This document shows positions 9,927 through 21,224 of a stretch of DNA of 64,000 nucleotides, piece by piece. Origin of the DNA: Escherichia coli 042 (lineage in GTDB: Bacteria; Pseudomonadota; Gammaproteobacteria; Enterobacterales; Enterobacteriaceae). Location of the stretch: NCBI RefSeq assembly GCF_000027125.1, contig NC_017626.1; one strand, given 5' to 3'. Made by a program: the position numbers and the translations under genes. How positions within the stretch are numbered: the stretch's first letter is position 1; each line of letters begins with the position of its first letter. The notes beneath the pieces were generated by a model, which saw only the letters and a list, made by a program, of their open reading frames with translations, did no database searches and was not told the origin of the DNA.

Positions 9927-11751
9927 ATTTGAGCTTAAGGCGTTGATCACCGGTGTCGACAGGCTTTCTCCCGCGCTGTCGAAAATGCAAAAGAAAATCC
10001 GGGGATTTAAACGCCAGGCGGAAGAAGCGTCACAGGGTGGGCTGGCGCTTGGTGGCGGACTGGCAGCGGGGCTGACGCTTTCCCTGAAATCTTATGCCGA
10101 TCAGGAAAACGCCGCTACCGGGCTGAAAGTCGCCATGATGGATGCGAACGGCGAGGTTGGAAAGCGCTTTCAGGACATCAATAAACTGGCTATTGGCCTG
10201 GGTAACCAGCTACCCGGTACAACGGCTGATTTCCAGAACATGATGCAGATGCTGGTGCGTCAGGGGATCCCGGCAGAAAACATCCTGGGTGGTGTGGGTA
10301 AAGCGACAGCTTATCTTGCGGTACAACTGAAAAAAACACCGGAAGCGGCTGCTGAGTTTGCTGCAAAGATGCAGGATGCTACCGGAACGGCTTCAGAAGA
10401 CATGATGGGGCTGTTCGACACTATCCAGAAGGCGTTTTATCTGGGCGTTGACGATACCAACATGTTGTCCTTCTTCACTAAAACCAGTTCTGTTCTGAAG
10501 ATGGTGAACAAGGACGGTCTTCAGGCTGCACAGAGCCTTGCCCCTATCAGCGTCATGATGGATCAGATGGGGATGAACGGGGAGTCGGCAGGTAATGCCC
10601 TGCGAAAAGTTATCCAGTCCGGATTAAGCGTTAAGAAAATCAGGGACGTCAATAAAGTCATGGCCCGCCAGAAACTCGGGGTACAGCTCGATTTTACTGA
10701 CGGCAAAGGGAGTTTTGGCGGTCTTGATAACATGTTTAAGCAACTGGCAAAGCTGCGAAAACTGACCGACGTTAAGCGAACAGGTGTACTTAAGGCAATA
10801 TTTGGTGATGATGCCGAAACCCTTCAGGTGGTCAATGCTCTGATCGATAAAGGAAAGGATGGTTACGATCAGATCCAGCAGAAGATGAATAAACAGGCCA
10901 GCCTGAATAAACGTGTTCAGGCACAGCTTGGTACGCTGTCCAACCTGTGGGAGGCAATGACGGGGACCGCAACTAACGGTCTTGCAGCTATTGGCGGCGC
11001 ATTTTCTGGTGACGCTAAAAATATCACGCAATGGTTGGGGGCGTTGGGGGAAAAATTCACGAAGTTTGCGGATGAAAATCCCCGGGTTATTCGCGGCGTC
11101 GTCGGGCTTGCTGCCGGTCTTGCGATTCTGAAACTGGGATTGATGGGCGTTGGCGGTGCCATCAGTATTGTCAGCAGGATCATGTCGATGACGCCGATTG
11201 GCATGATTGCGACGGCGATAGCCCTGGCTGCGGGATTAATTATCACTAACTGGGATGTTGTCGGACCTTATTTTAAGAAACTCTGGGAAACCATTGGTCC
11301 TTATTTTGAGGCTGGCTGGGAACTCCTAAAGAAAGTTTTTGCCTGGTCGCCGCTGGGGATGGTGATCAATAACTGGGGACCGGTTGTTAAGTGGTTTCAG
11401 GATATGTGGGACAAGCTGAAGCCAATTATTGAGTGGTTTACCGACAGTTCCGGTGACACGGTCGATGCCATTAACTCTGCGCAGTGGGGCGCGGGTGCTT
11501 ATGATGCTTATGGGACGGGAATACCGGCGCGGGGATACACACCTTATCCGGCGGTGGATCCGGCTCAGTCAAACAACGCCTCCGATGCCACAGGCCCGAA
11601 TCCCTTCATGATTAACAAAGCTTCTGCGCCAAAAGTTGATGGCGAGATCAAGGTTTCATTTATGAATATGCCACCAGGTATGCGGGTTACGGAAACACGT
11701 TCCAGTGGCATTGATATTAATCACGATGTTGGGTACACCAGATTTAGGTAA
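9919..11751 (+). CDS. Tail tape measure protein
   Basis: 610-aa ORF with Ala/Gly-rich hydrophobic segments after the chaperone pair. Confidence 0.85.
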   Translation: MAEFELKALITGVDRLSPALSKMQKKIRGFKRQAEEASQGGLALGGGLAAGLTLSLKSYADQENAATGLKVAMMDANGEVGKRFQDINKLAIGLGNQLPGTTADFQNMMQMLVRQGIPAENILGGVGKATAYLAVQLKKTPEAAAEFAAKMQDATGTASEDMMGLFDTIQKAFYLGVDDTNMLSFFTKTSSVLKMVNKDGLQAAQSLAPISVMMDQMGMNGESAGNALRKVIQSGLSVKKIRDVNKVMARQKLGVQLDFTDGKGSFGGLDNMFKQLAKLRKLTDVKRTGVLKAIFGDDAETLQVVNALIDKGKDGYDQIQQKMNKQASLNKRVQAQLGTLSNLWEAMTGTATNGLAAIGGAFSGDAKNITQWLGALGEKFTKFADENPRVIRGVVGLAAGLAILKLGLMGVGGAISIVSRIMSMTPIGMIATAIALAAGLIITNWDVVGPYFKKLWETIGPYFEAGWELLKKVFAWSPLGMVINNWGPVVKWFQDMWDKLKPIIEWFTDSSGDTVDAINSAQWGAGAYDAYGTGIPARGYTPYPAVDPAQSNNASDATGPNPFMINKASAPKVDGEIKVSFMNMPPGMRVTETRSSGIDINHDVGYTRFR

Positions 11752-11758
11752 AGACGAA

Positions 11759-11779
11759 CAGGGAGGGCCGCCCTCCCTG
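11759..11779. terminator. GC palindrome between tape measure and the antisense moron
   Basis: CAGGGAGGGC-C-GCCCTCCCTG; the T-rich flank is on the minus-strand side. Confidence 0.35.
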
Positions 11780-11783
11780 AACT

Positions 11784-12194
11784 TACTGTGCGAACACGCA
11801 ATTTCGGCCTGATGGGGAGCCGACAATTCTGGACATTTTTTCGCAAATAACAGTTACTTGTTCTCCTTTTTTAAGAGCAGCAGCTGTTGATTTTTCAGAG
11901 TCTTGCATCTCCATTCTTGCTGGCATGAATTCATTTTCAGTTCTGAATTTAATAATTATAGAGTCAGTAAAGTCCTTATCAATGGATTGTACGATACCTC
12001 TAACGGCGATTAATTTACCTTTTAACTGTTCATCGGTAGCGACTTCATTTTCTTCATACTCTTTAAACAGCTGTCGAGCAGTAGTGTTGTAGATTTCTTT
12101 TTGCGGTGCCGCAGCTTCCGTATCGGATGAGTATGAAGAATTAGAGCCTTTATCGTTACCAGTAAATATTACTACTGATAATAAATATGGGACT
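11784..12194 (-). pseudogene. Low-GC moron: OB-fold (tRNA_anti-like pattern) protein remnant with no start codon
   Basis: 136-codon open frame with no in-frame ATG/GTG/TTG until 46 codons before the stop; translation ...LFKEYEENEVATDEQLKGKLIAVRGIVQSIDKDF...KKGEQVTVICEKM...; AT-rich compared with flanking phage DNA. Confidence 0.4.
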
Positions 12195-12197
12195 TAT

Positions 12198-13523
12198 ATG
12201 ACGTGGAAAGACAGACTTCAGGACGCGTCATTTCGCGGCGTGCCGTTTAAGGTTGAAGAAGAAAGTGCGGGAACCGGTCGCCGTGTGGAAACACATGAAT
12301 ACCCGAACCGCGACAAACCCTATACCGAAGACCTGGGGAAAATCACTTTTCGCCCGTCCATCACGGCTTATGTGGTGGGAGATGACTGCTTTGACCAGCG
12401 CGATCGCCTGATTGACGCGCTGAATAAACCCGGTCCCGGCACGCTTGTCCATCCGACATACGGTGAGCTGAAAGTCTGTGTTGACGGAGAAGTTCGGGTC
12501 AGCACATCGAAGAGTGAAGGGCGTATTGTCCGCTTTGACCTGAAGTTTGTCGAAGCGGGAGAACTCTCTTACCCCACTTCAGGTGCGGCGACGGCGCAGA
12601 CGCTGATGTCATCCTGTTCTGCACTGGATGACTGCATCAGTGACAGCTTCAGAGGTTTCAGTATCGATGGCGTGGCGGATTTCGTGCAGAACGACGTCGT
12701 CGGTAATGTCAGCACAATGCTTGGGTATGTTTCTGATGCGATGAAAGTGGTGGATTCTGCCGTATCGGATGCTGCCAGGCTGTTGCAGGGGGATATCTCG
12801 GTACTTCTGCCGCCACCATCGTCAGGCAAAAATCTCGTTGAGCAGGTGCAGAAAATGTGGCGTACCGGGAAACGCCTTTATGGTAACGCCAGCGACCTGG
12901 TCACCATGATCAAAACGCTTTCCGGTGTCAGCCTCGGCAGCGATCTGCAACCGCGCGGCGTCTGGAAAACGGACAGTAAAACCACCGCCACGGCTACGCA
13001 GCAGCGTAACGTGGTTGCCAGCACCCTTCGTACGACCGCAATCAGCGAAGCGGCGTATGCCGTCACCCGATTGCCTGCGCCAACAACTTCCGCGGTGATG
13101 CAGAATGCCGCAGTGGGGCAGGCAACAACACCTGCGCAGAGCACTGGCTGGCCTTCCGTCACGCATCCGGCACTGAACAATGCACCGACGGTGAAAAACA
13201 CAGTTGACCTGCCGACGTGGGAAGAACTGACTGACATTCGCGACACACTGAATACGGCAATTGATAAGGAGTTGTCCCGTACAACCAGTGATGCGCTGTT
13301 TCTGGCGCTGCGCCGGGTGAAAGCAGATCTGAATGCGGATATCAACACGCGCCTTGAACAGTCTGCACGGATCATTCAGCGCACGCCGGATGAGGTTTTA
13401 CCCGCGCTGGTGCTGGCGGCGACCTGGTTTGATAACGCGGCGCGTGACGCGGACATTATCCGGCGTAATGCCATTACGCATCCCGGATTTGTGCCGGTGA
13501 TCCCTCTGAAGGTGCCAGTGTAA
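12198..13523 (+). CDS. DNA circularization protein (Mu gpN-like)
   Basis: 441-aa ORF starting MTWKDRLQDASFRGVPFKVEEESAGTGRR...; position after tape measure as in Mu-like tails. Confidence 0.7.
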   Translation: MTWKDRLQDASFRGVPFKVEEESAGTGRRVETHEYPNRDKPYTEDLGKITFRPSITAYVVGDDCFDQRDRLIDALNKPGPGTLVHPTYGELKVCVDGEVRVSTSKSEGRIVRFDLKFVEAGELSYPTSGAATAQTLMSSCSALDDCISDSFRGFSIDGVADFVQNDVVGNVSTMLGYVSDAMKVVDSAVSDAARLLQGDISVLLPPPSSGKNLVEQVQKMWRTGKRLYGNASDLVTMIKTLSGVSLGSDLQPRGVWKTDSKTTATATQQRNVVASTLRTTAISEAAYAVTRLPAPTTSAVMQNAAVGQATTPAQSTGWPSVTHPALNNAPTVKNTVDLPTWEELTDIRDTLNTAIDKELSRTTSDALFLALRRVKADLNADINTRLEQSARIIQRTPDEVLPALVLAATWFDNAARDADIIRRNAITHPGFVPVIPLKVPV

Positions 13524-14602
13524 TGAACGATAACGTCACGCTACGGGTAAATGGCCGGGAGTGGAATGGCTGGACATCGGTGCGCATCGGTGCCGGTGTT
13601 GAACGACTGGCGCGGGATTTCAGTGTGGAGATCACTCGCCAGTGGCCGGGAGATGAGGGTATCACCACGCTTCAGCCGCGCATTAAAAACGGTTCAAAAG
13701 TGGAAGTGCTGATTGGTGATGAGCTGGTGATCACCGGCTGGGTGGAGGCGACTCCCGTTCGTTACGATGCCCGTTCGGTCAGCACCGGTATTGCCGGACG
13801 TAGTCTGACGGCTGACCTGATTGACTGTGCAGCCGAACCGACACAGTTTAACGGACGCTCGCTGGTGCAGATTGCGCAGGCGCTTGCTGCGCCTTTCGGC
13901 ATTGAGGTGGTGAACAGCGGTGCGCCGTCGGGTGTTATTCCTGATGTTCAGCCTGATCACGGTGAAACGGTGATTGAGGTAATCAACAAAATACTCGGTC
14001 AGCAGCAGGCGCTGGCTTATGACGACCCGCACGGCAGGCTGGTGATTGGTGGTATTGGCTCAACGCGGGCACATACCGCGCTGGTACTCGGGGAAAACAT
14101 CCTTTCCTGCGATACGGAGAAGAGTATCCGGGAGCGGTTTTCTGTTTACCAGGTGGCGGGGCAGCGTGCCGGAAACGACGATGATTTCGGTGAGGCCACC
14201 ACCACCGCGCTGCGGGCCCGCACAGAGGACGCATTTATTGCCCGTTACCGTCCGATGTATATCAGGCAGACAGGACAGGCTACGGGGGCTGGCTGTATTG
14301 CCCGTGCGGACTTTGAAGCCCGACAACGGGCGGCGCGGACGGATGAAACCACCTATGTGGTGCAGGGCTGGCGACAGGGTAACGGTACGCTGTGGCAGCC
14401 CAACCAGCGGGTGATTGTCTTTGATCCGGTCTGTGGTTTCGACAACACCGAACTGCTTGTTTCGGAAGTCACGTTTACTCAGGACCAGAACGGCACCCTG
14501 ACGGAAATCCGTGTCGGCCCACCAGATGCTTATCTGCCTGAACCCGAAGCCCCCGGCGCGCGGAAAAAGAAAAAAGCCAGAGTACAGGAGGACCCGTTCT
14601 GA
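13523..14602 (+). CDS. Tail/baseplate hub protein (Mu gpP-like)
   Basis: 359-aa ORF, ATGA-coupled, in a Mu-like baseplate gene order. Confidence 0.7.
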   Translation: MNDNVTLRVNGREWNGWTSVRIGAGVERLARDFSVEITRQWPGDEGITTLQPRIKNGSKVEVLIGDELVITGWVEATPVRYDARSVSTGIAGRSLTADLIDCAAEPTQFNGRSLVQIAQALAAPFGIEVVNSGAPSGVIPDVQPDHGETVIEVINKILGQQQALAYDDPHGRLVIGGIGSTRAHTALVLGENILSCDTEKSIRERFSVYQVAGQRAGNDDDFGEATTTALRARTEDAFIARYRPMYIRQTGQATGAGCIARADFEARQRAARTDETTYVVQGWRQGNGTLWQPNQRVIVFDPVCGFDNTELLVSEVTFTQDQNGTLTEIRVGPPDAYLPEPEAPGARKKKKARVQEDPF

Positions 14603-15150
14603 TGAGGACGATTGAAGCCATGCAGCGACAACTCCTCGGCCTGATTGGGCGGGCCGTGGTGAAAAGCATCAGTGCCGCCACGAAATGTCAGACCGTGGAT
14701 GTGTCCCTGATTGCCGGTGAACCCAAAGCCGGGGTTGAACATCTTGAACCCTACGGTTTTACTGCAAGGGCAAACATCGGTGCGGAAGCGGTGGTGTTGT
14801 TTCCGGATGGCGACCGTTCTCATGCGGTGGTTGTTACGGTGTCGGACCGTCGCTACCGCCTGAAAGGGCTGCAGACGGGGGAGGTGGCTGTCTATGACGA
14901 TCAGGGGCAGTCCGTGACGCTGACCCGGGAGGGGATTGTGGTGGACGGTGCAGGTAAAACGATCACGTTTCGCAATGCACCTGAAGCACGTTTTGAAATG
15001 GACCTGGAAGTGACAGGACAGGTGAAAGACCTGTGCGACTCCGGCGGCACCACCATGTCAGCGATGCGGCTTGCCTATAACGGGCATCGTCACAGAGAGA
15101 ACGGTCAGGGCAGTAACACCGACAAACCTGATAAATCGATGGAGGCATGA
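14602..15150 (+). CDS. Baseplate spike protein (Mu gp45 / gpV-like)
   Basis: 182-aa ORF in the baseplate block. Confidence 0.65.
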   Translation: MRTIEAMQRQLLGLIGRAVVKSISAATKCQTVDVSLIAGEPKAGVEHLEPYGFTARANIGAEAVVLFPDGDRSHAVVVTVSDRRYRLKGLQTGEVAVYDDQGQSVTLTREGIVVDGAGKTITFRNAPEARFEMDLEVTGQVKDLCDSGGTTMSAMRLAYNGHRHRENGQGSNTDKPDKSMEA

Positions 15151-15575
15151 TGGAACTGTGGCTGACGGTGAACGGTAAACGCACCTGCGCCAGCGCACCG
15201 CTGGATCCGCTGACCCGCGCCGTGGTGATTTCCCTGTTTACCTGGCGGCGGGCGGAGCCTGATGACAATGCCGACGTCCCGATGGGATGGTGGGGGGATA
15301 CCTGGCCTGAGGTACAGAATGACCGTTACGGCTCCCGACTGTGGCTGCTTCAGCGCAGCAAACTGACCAATCAACTGGTGCAGACGGTAAGGGGGTATAT
15401 CCGCGAATGCCTGCAATGGATGATTGATGACGGCGTGGTGTCCCGTATTGATCTGGATATCCGCCGCACCGGGATTAATGAACTGGGTAACAGTATCACT
15501 CTCTGGCGTCGTGACGGACCGGTAATGATTTCTTTTGATGATCTGTGGAGTGCGATAACGCATGGCGGACAGTGA
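15147..15575 (+). CDS. Baseplate protein (gpW / gp25-like, Mu gp46-like)
   Basis: 142-aa ORF, overlapping coupling. Confidence 0.6.
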   Translation: MMELWLTVNGKRTCASAPLDPLTRAVVISLFTWRRAEPDDNADVPMGWWGDTWPEVQNDRYGSRLWLLQRSKLTNQLVQTVRGYIRECLQWMIDDGVVSRIDLDIRRTGINELGNSITLWRRDGPVMISFDDLWSAITHGGQ

Positions 15576-16620
15576 ATTTCAGCGCCCGACGCTGGCAGAA
15601 AATATCAGTATGCTCCGTAACGATTTATTCGCCAGGCTGGACGTCAGCGACACGCTCCGGCGCATGGATGAAGACGTGCGGGCAAAGGTGTATGCGGCGG
15701 CGCTGCATACGGTTTACGGGTACATCGATTATCTGGCAATGAACATGCTGCCTGACCTGTGCGATGAGTCCTGGCTGGCGCGACATGCTGCGATGAAACG
15801 GTGTCCGCGCAAGGGGGCCACGGCTGCCAGCGGGTATATGCGCTGGGAAGGTGTCAGCGATGGCCTGAAGGTGACCGCCGGAAGTGTTATTCAGCGCGAT
15901 GACCTGGTTCAGTACACGGCAACTGCCGATGCAACCAGCACCGGTGGTGTCCTGCGCGTGCCGATCGCCTGCTCAAGTGCAGGCGCGGTCGGTAACGCTG
16001 ACGACGGTACGTCATTAATCCTGGTCACGCCGGTTAATGGTCTGCCGTCTTCCGGCGAGGCAGATACCCTGACAGGTGGATTTGATACTGAAGAGCTGGA
16101 AACGTGGCGCGCCCGCGTCATTGAGCGGTATTACTGGACGCCTCAGGGCGGGGCTGACGGGGACTATGTCGTCTGGGCTAAAGAAGTGCCCGGCATTACC
16201 CGCGCATGGACATACCGACACTGGATGGGAACGGGGACTGTCGGTGTGATGATTGCCAGCAGTGACCTGATTAACCCCATTCCGGAAGAATCAACGGAAA
16301 CGGCGGCAAGACAACATATCGAGCCACTGGCCCCGGTGGCAGGCTCTGATTTGTATGTATTCAGGCCGGTGGCGCACAAAGTGGATTTTCATATCCGCGT
16401 GACGCCGGACACACCGGAAATACGGGCTGCCATCACCGCGGAGTTGCGTTCATTCCTGCTGCGTGATGGTTATCCGCAGGGAGAGCTTAAGGTATCGCGT
16501 ATCAGTGAAGCGATTTCCGGTGCGAACGGGGAATACAGCCATCAGTTGCTTGCTCCGGCGGACAATATCTCCATTGCAAAAAATGAACTGGCGGTTCTGG
16601 GGACGATTTCATGGACGTGA
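15562..16620 (+). CDS. Baseplate J-like protein (Mu gp47-like)
   Basis: 352-aa ORF in the baseplate block. Confidence 0.75.
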   Translation: MADSEFQRPTLAENISMLRNDLFARLDVSDTLRRMDEDVRAKVYAAALHTVYGYIDYLAMNMLPDLCDESWLARHAAMKRCPRKGATAASGYMRWEGVSDGLKVTAGSVIQRDDLVQYTATADATSTGGVLRVPIACSSAGAVGNADDGTSLILVTPVNGLPSSGEADTLTGGFDTEELETWRARVIERYYWTPQGGADGDYVVWAKEVPGITRAWTYRHWMGTGTVGVMIASSDLINPIPEESTETAARQHIEPLAPVAGSDLYVFRPVAHKVDFHIRVTPDTPEIRAAITAELRSFLLRDGYPQGELKVSRISEAISGANGEYSHQLLAPADNISIAKNELAVLGTISWT

Positions 16621-17195
16621 CAAACGATGATTACATCCGTCTGTTGTCGGCACTGTTGCCCCCTGGTCCGGCGTGGTCAGCCAGCGATCCGGCGATTGCC
16701 GGTGCGGCACCGTCATTAACCCGTGCTCATCAGCGTGCGGATGCCCTGATGCGGGAGCTGGATCCGCGCACCACCACCGAACTGATAAACCGCTGGGAGC
16801 GTCTGTGCGGCCTGCCGGATGAATGTATTCCGGCAGGGACGCAGACCCTTCGCCAGCGTCAGCAACGGCTGGATGCGAAGGTTAACCTGGCGGGTGGCAT
16901 CAATGAGGATTTTTACCTTGCGCAGCTTGCTGCCCTGGGCAGACCAGATGCCACCATCACGCGATACGACAAAAGCACGTTCACCTGCTCATCGGCCTGT
17001 ACTGACGCGGTGAATGCGCCGGAATGGCGGTATTACTGGCAGGTCAATATGCCAGCTGCCACCAACACCACCTGGATGACATGTGGCGATCCCTGTGATT
17101 CCGCACTGCGTATCTGGGGGGACACCGTTGTCGAGTGCGTGCTTAACAAACTCTGCCCGTCGCATACCTACGTAATTTTTAAATATCCGGAGTAA
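16611..17195 (+). CDS. Tail protein (Mu gp48-like)
   Basis: 194-aa ORF between baseplate J and the fibre gene. Confidence 0.6.
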   Translation: MDVTNDDYIRLLSALLPPGPAWSASDPAIAGAAPSLTRAHQRADALMRELDPRTTTELINRWERLCGLPDECIPAGTQTLRQRQQRLDAKVNLAGGINEDFYLAQLAALGRPDATITRYDKSTFTCSSACTDAVNAPEWRYYWQVNMPAATNTTWMTCGDPCDSALRIWGDTVVECVLNKLCPSHTYVIFKYPE

Positions 17196-17198
17196 TTC

Positions 17199-18131
17199 AT
17201 GCATCGTATAGACACGAAAACCGCGCAGAAGGATAAGTTCGGCGCGGGTAAGAACGGTTTTACCCGTGGTAACCCCCAGACCGGCACGCCTGCCACCGAT
17301 CTGGATGATGACTACTTTGACATGTTGCAGGAGGAGCTTTGCAGCGTGGTGGAGGCATCCGGTGCCAGCCTGGAGAAGGGGCGGCATGACCAGTTGCTTA
17401 CAGCGCTTCGTGAGCTGCTGTTAAGCCGCAAGAATCCGTTTGGCGATATCAAATCGGATGGCACGGTGAAAACGGCTCTCGAAAACCTTGGTTTGGGAGA
17501 TGGCTCGGGGCGTTACAGCAAAACTGTCGTTTTTTCATCGTCGGGTTCATATACGTGGCCAGCTGACGTAAAACGAATTGACGTTATTCTGACTGCGGCG
17601 GGCGGCGGTGGCGGTGGATGTAACGCGGAGAACGCAAATCAGACATTTTCAGGGGCTGGCGGAGGAGCCGGAGGTACTGTTTTTGCCACTATTTATGCGA
17701 CAGACAACGATGCCGGGCCAGGAACCTATACAGTGACAATTGGCAGCGGTGGTAGTGGTGCCAATGGGGCAGGGTCTGGAAATAATGGCGGTAATAGTTC
17801 GTTCATGACATTAACTGCGCTCGGCGGCCAGGGTGGGCAATGGGGCGGCGCTACAAATACCGCTGGCGGGCGCGGTGGCTCAGGCTCTGGCGGTTATAAA
17901 ACTGAACAAGGCGGAGACGGTTCAGACGGACAGGCGGGCCAGGCGCTATTAGTAGGCAATGGGGCATCGAGCTATTGGGGTGGCGGCGGCCGCGCTGGGC
18001 AACTGAGCGGTAATCCTGGAGTTTGCTCTGGCTCCGGCGGCGGGGGTGCATACGATAATAGCTATTCACACACGTCAGGACGTGGCGGGCACGGAGCTAA
18101 TGGCGTGCTGGTAATTCGGGAGTACATGTAA
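17199..18131 (+). CDS. Tail fibre protein with Gly-rich C-terminal region
   Basis: 310-aa ORF with a conserved fibre-type N-terminus ([21 protein letters not shown]...) and G-rich repeats. Confidence 0.7.
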   Translation: MHRIDTKTAQKDKFGAGKNGFTRGNPQTGTPATDLDDDYFDMLQEELCSVVEASGASLEKGRHDQLLTALRELLLSRKNPFGDIKSDGTVKTALENLGLGDGSGRYSKTVVFSSSGSYTWPADVKRIDVILTAAGGGGGGCNAENANQTFSGAGGGAGGTVFATIYATDNDAGPGTYTVTIGSGGSGANGAGSGNNGGNSSFMTLTALGGQGGQWGGATNTAGGRGGSGSGGYKTEQGGDGSDGQAGQALLVGNGASSYWGGGGRAGQLSGNPGVCSGSGGGGAYDNSYSHTSGRGGHGANGVLVIREYM

Positions 18132-18536
18132 ATGAATGATGTTTATGCAGTTGTTGATAATAACGTTGTTATTAATGTCATTATCTGGGACGGAATTTCT
18201 GAATGGAAACCAGAGGCTGGTAATTTAGTTCCGTTAAACGGCGATGCTGGCATCGGTTGGTCATATTCAGACGGAGTATTTACCGCGCCACCTCCCCCAG
18301 AACGCTCTCACAACGCGTTAGTTGCGGAGGCTGAGCTGCAGAAATCAGCACTACTGACCGTAGCAAATAACGCAATAGCACCGCTGCAGGATGCCGTTGA
18401 TTTGGAAATGGCGACAGACGATGAACAGACGTTACTGCTGGCGTGGAAAAAATACAGGGTACTGCTGAACCGTGTTGATACCTCAGCGGCACCCGAAATA
18501 GAGTGGCCTACGCAACCGGGGGAGCGGGCCAGTTGA
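18132..18536 (+). CDS. Tail fibre assembly protein (Tfa/U-like)
   Basis: 134-aa ORF ending ...[33 protein letters not shown]. Confidence 0.75.
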   Translation: MNDVYAVVDNNVVINVIIWDGISEWKPEAGNLVPLNGDAGIGWSYSDGVFTAPPPPERSHNALVAEAELQKSALLTVANNAIAPLQDAVDLEMATDDEQTLLLAWKKYRVLLNRVDTSAAPEIEWPTQPGERAS

Positions 18537-18657
18537 TATCAGGCGCAGGGGCAGCATCAACTGCTGTCACTGCGTCGATGTAGTCGAGTACCGCATTCAG
18601 CCGCCTTTTTTCATCATCAGTCAGTTTGCGGCCTACACCTCTCCGTTGACATCTTTG
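18508..18657 (-). pseudogene. Remnant of a second, convergent tail fibre assembly gene (tfa')
   Basis: Minus-strand frame bounded by TAA upstream, no start codon, ending ...[39 protein letters not shown], parallel to the Tfa C-terminal motif; overlaps the 3' end of tfa. Confidence 0.45.
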
Positions 18658-18834
18658 TTATATGGTACAACTGCGCAGAGGCCTGTCTCTCCAACTGTGC
18701 CAGTTGAATACTACGATACAACGCTCGGCCTTCCTATTTGGTGGAACATAACCACATCCACATGGAAAAGAGCTGATGGTGCAGATGTATAATTCTGGTG
18801 CCGCGCATGCGGCACCAATAAAAAACATATTAAA

Positions 18835-20310
18835 CTAAAGTGAATCTATTCCATTTTTCCAAATAAGAACTTTTTTGTCTTGTATTTTATGAGTGCTATC
18901 AGGCTGCCCAAACTGTTTTATGGCCTTTTCCTCTTGCTCTACATCATCAGCAATTAAAAAATTAGCTCCTTTTTGGTACCATTCTTTTTTTGATAACCAA
19001 TTATATGGTGTGAATCTATCACCATACGACTCAAATGGAGCTACGTTGATATCACTAAATCCAGCAACAGATGATGCAAACCAAAATGATGCATAACCTC
19101 TTTGTAGTTTATTTTTTATTAAGAAATCTCTTAATTCTATTGTAATATCATTTTTATTAACAATGTTTTTTGTTGTTGCCATCGTTGGCAACGATAACGC
19201 AATAACGATTAATGATATTAGTAAATTTGTCTTCACTGGTAAGGAGAAAGAATTTCTAGCAATCACAATTGACATGAAAATAAATGTTGGGACTATGTAT
19301 CTAATTGAGAAAAGATTTGTTGGCCTGTCACTTGAAACATAGGCAATCAACATGACTAATGATGATACAATAAGAACCTGGTCAATAAAATCAATTTCTT
19401 TAAATTTAAGAATGTTTTTATAAGATAAAAATAAGAATACAAAAATGAAAAACACCTTTATCATGGTGAATAATGAGTTAAAGCTACCTATCTCCATTCC
19501 AAACGCGTACCCACCAAAAAATTTGAATACGCCCATGATAACAAGAGATATGTTGCTTGTTATTTGTTGAAACTCTACTATGTGAGGTTTGGTTATGCCT
19601 GGCAGGTTAAATCCACCAAGCTTAATGAATATAAATGATATGATCTCAGCAATAAATATAGATGATATAGTGAAAACCAACAATAACAAATCATTAGTAT
19701 TCAACGAATCTCTTTTCATTAGAGAAGCATACATTCTATATATGCAAACAAAAACTATAGGTATTATAAAGGCATATTTAGATATATCATCACTAAAAAC
19801 AAGCAACGATAACATAAATACATATGGAAAAAGTAATTTTAAATCATTTTTCTTTCTGTATCTATCTATTATTAGTATGATCGCCAGCATGTAAATGTAC
19901 GCACCAATATGTATACATGCTATAAGCATTATACTTGATGAGAAAACCGTTGGAATTCCAAATACAGAAAGAACAGGCCATAACGATGCCCTACTTTTAG
20001 TATGAGAGATATATAGCGATAGTGTTACTAATATAGACATGAAAACTCCAGGCACAATATAGTACAGATTTTCATTAAATCCTATTATTTTTATCGCTAT
20101 AGCATATGGTATTATTTCTGTGAAATAGAATGATACAGTTGATAAATCCCACCCACTGAGAAAAATATTTCCTTCAGTAATATCCCTTGCCTCTCTGAAT
20201 GAAGACATGACATCTGAGTTTGGAATTATGTTTTTAGCAATCATTGAGTAAATTATTGATAATACAATAAATGTTGCCAGCCAATATAAAAGCTCAAGCT
20301 TCTTGCTCAT
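18835..20310 (-). CDS. gtrC: Serotype-specific O-antigen glucosyltransferase (GtrC-type polytopic membrane protein)
   Basis: 491-aa, strongly AT-rich, multi-TM ORF directly downstream of gtrB with a 4-nt overlap. Confidence 0.7.
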   Translation of the reverse strand: MSKKLELLYWLATFIVLSIIYSMIAKNIIPNSDVMSSFREARDITEGNIFLSGWDLSTVSFYFTEIIPYAIAIKIIGFNENLYYIVPGVFMSILVTLSLYISHTKSRASLWPVLSVFGIPTVFSSSIMLIACIHIGAYIYMLAIILIIDRYRKKNDLKLLFPYVFMLSLLVFSDDISKYAFIIPIVFVCIYRMYASLMKRDSLNTNDLLLLVFTISSIFIAEIISFIFIKLGGFNLPGITKPHIVEFQQITSNISLVIMGVFKFFGGYAFGMEIGSFNSLFTMIKVFFIFVFLFLSYKNILKFKEIDFIDQVLIVSSLVMLIAYVSSDRPTNLFSIRYIVPTFIFMSIVIARNSFSLPVKTNLLISLIVIALSLPTMATTKNIVNKNDITIELRDFLIKNKLQRGYASFWFASSVAGFSDINVAPFESYGDRFTPYNWLSKKEWYQKGANFLIADDVEQEEKAIKQFGQPDSTHKIQDKKVLIWKNGIDSL

Positions 20311-21224
20311 TTTTTACCCTTAAGTACATACTTTGGACGCTGCTTAACTTCAATGTAAATTCTACCAATATACTCACCGAGCACTCCAATCCCAATTAAC
20401 TGGATGCCGCCAAGAAATAATATTGATACAAGAATTGAAGGGTATCCAGGTACATTATTACCAAAAATTAATTTATCAATTATCATCCATGAACCGTATG
20501 TAAATGATATACATGCAATAAATAACCCAATATAGGTCCACATGCGAAGCGGGAATGTTGAGAAGCTAGTGATCCCTTCCAGCGCCAAGTTCCATAGCTT
20601 CCATCCATTGAACTTTGTGCTTCCTGCAACGCGTTCTGCTCGCGCATATTCTACGACATCGGTTCGACCACCAACCCAGCTCAGCACACCCTTCATAAAC
20701 AGGTTTCGTTCTGGCATGAGCTTAATATTTTCTACTACTTCGCGAGACATGAGCCGGAAGTCGCCAACATTCTCTTCTATCTGAGGGTTGCTGATTTTGT
20801 TATGAAGTTTATAGAACCACTCAGCAGATTTACGCTTCAGCCTGCTGTCAGTGGAGCGGTCAGAGCGTTTAGCCAGAACCATATCTGCACCGGCCTGCCA
20901 TTTCTCTATCAAGTGAGGAATAACTTCGATAGGGTCTTGCAGATCAACGTCAATCGGGATAATTGCCTCCCCGGTAGCATGGTCCAGACCTGCGAACAGG
21001 GCGGGTTCTTTGCCGAAGTTACGTGTGAACGACAGCGAAACCACAAGCGGGTCGGCAACAGCGAGCTCGTTGATAATTGATTCTGTAGCGTCTTTGCTGC
21101 CATCGTTTATGAAGACTATCTCGACTTCATGCTGCTGAAGCCCTTCAAATTCGCGCACAGTTTTATAAAAAATAGGTATCGTGGCCTCTTCGTTAAAGAC
21201 CGGAACGACTAAAGAAATTTTCAT
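20307..21224 (-). CDS. gtrB: Bactoprenol glucosyltransferase (GT2 family)
   Basis: 305-aa ORF with GT2 N-terminal motifs ([21 protein letters not shown]) and C-terminal TM helices. Confidence 0.9.
   Translation of the reverse strand: MKISLVVPVFNEEATIPIFYKTVREFEGLQQHEVEIVFINDGSKDATESIINELAVADPLVVSLSFTRNFGKEPALFAGLDHATGEAIIPIDVDLQDPIEVIPHLIEKWQAGADMVLAKRSDRSTDSRLKRKSAEWFYKLHNKISNPQIEENVGDFRLMSREVVENIKLMPERNLFMKGVLSWVGGRTDVVEYARAERVAGSTKFNGWKLWNLALEGITSFSTFPLRMWTYIGLFIACISFTYGSWMIIDKLIFGNNVPGYPSILVSILFLGGIQLIGIGVLGEYIGRIYIEVKQRPKYVLKGKK

Noticed and set aside
17560-18110. Gly-rich repetitive stretch in the tail fibre gene as a possible tandem repeat or CRISPR-like array
   Set aside because: It is in-frame low-complexity coding sequence (GGxGG motifs), with no direct repeats and unique spacers; no CRISPR array is present anywhere in the window.
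18661-18792. Plus-strand open frame ending ...VEYYDTTLGLPIWWNITTSTWKRADGADV as a tail-fibre C-terminal fragment
   Set aside because: It has no start, and the plus orientation does not fit a Sv-U/U'-S'v layout; it may simply be a stop-free stretch.
18796-18815. Hairpin GGTGCCGCG-CAT-GCGGCACC downstream of gtrC as an intrinsic terminator
   Set aside because: No U-tract follows the stem on either strand in the right orientation; kept only as a possible RNA structure.
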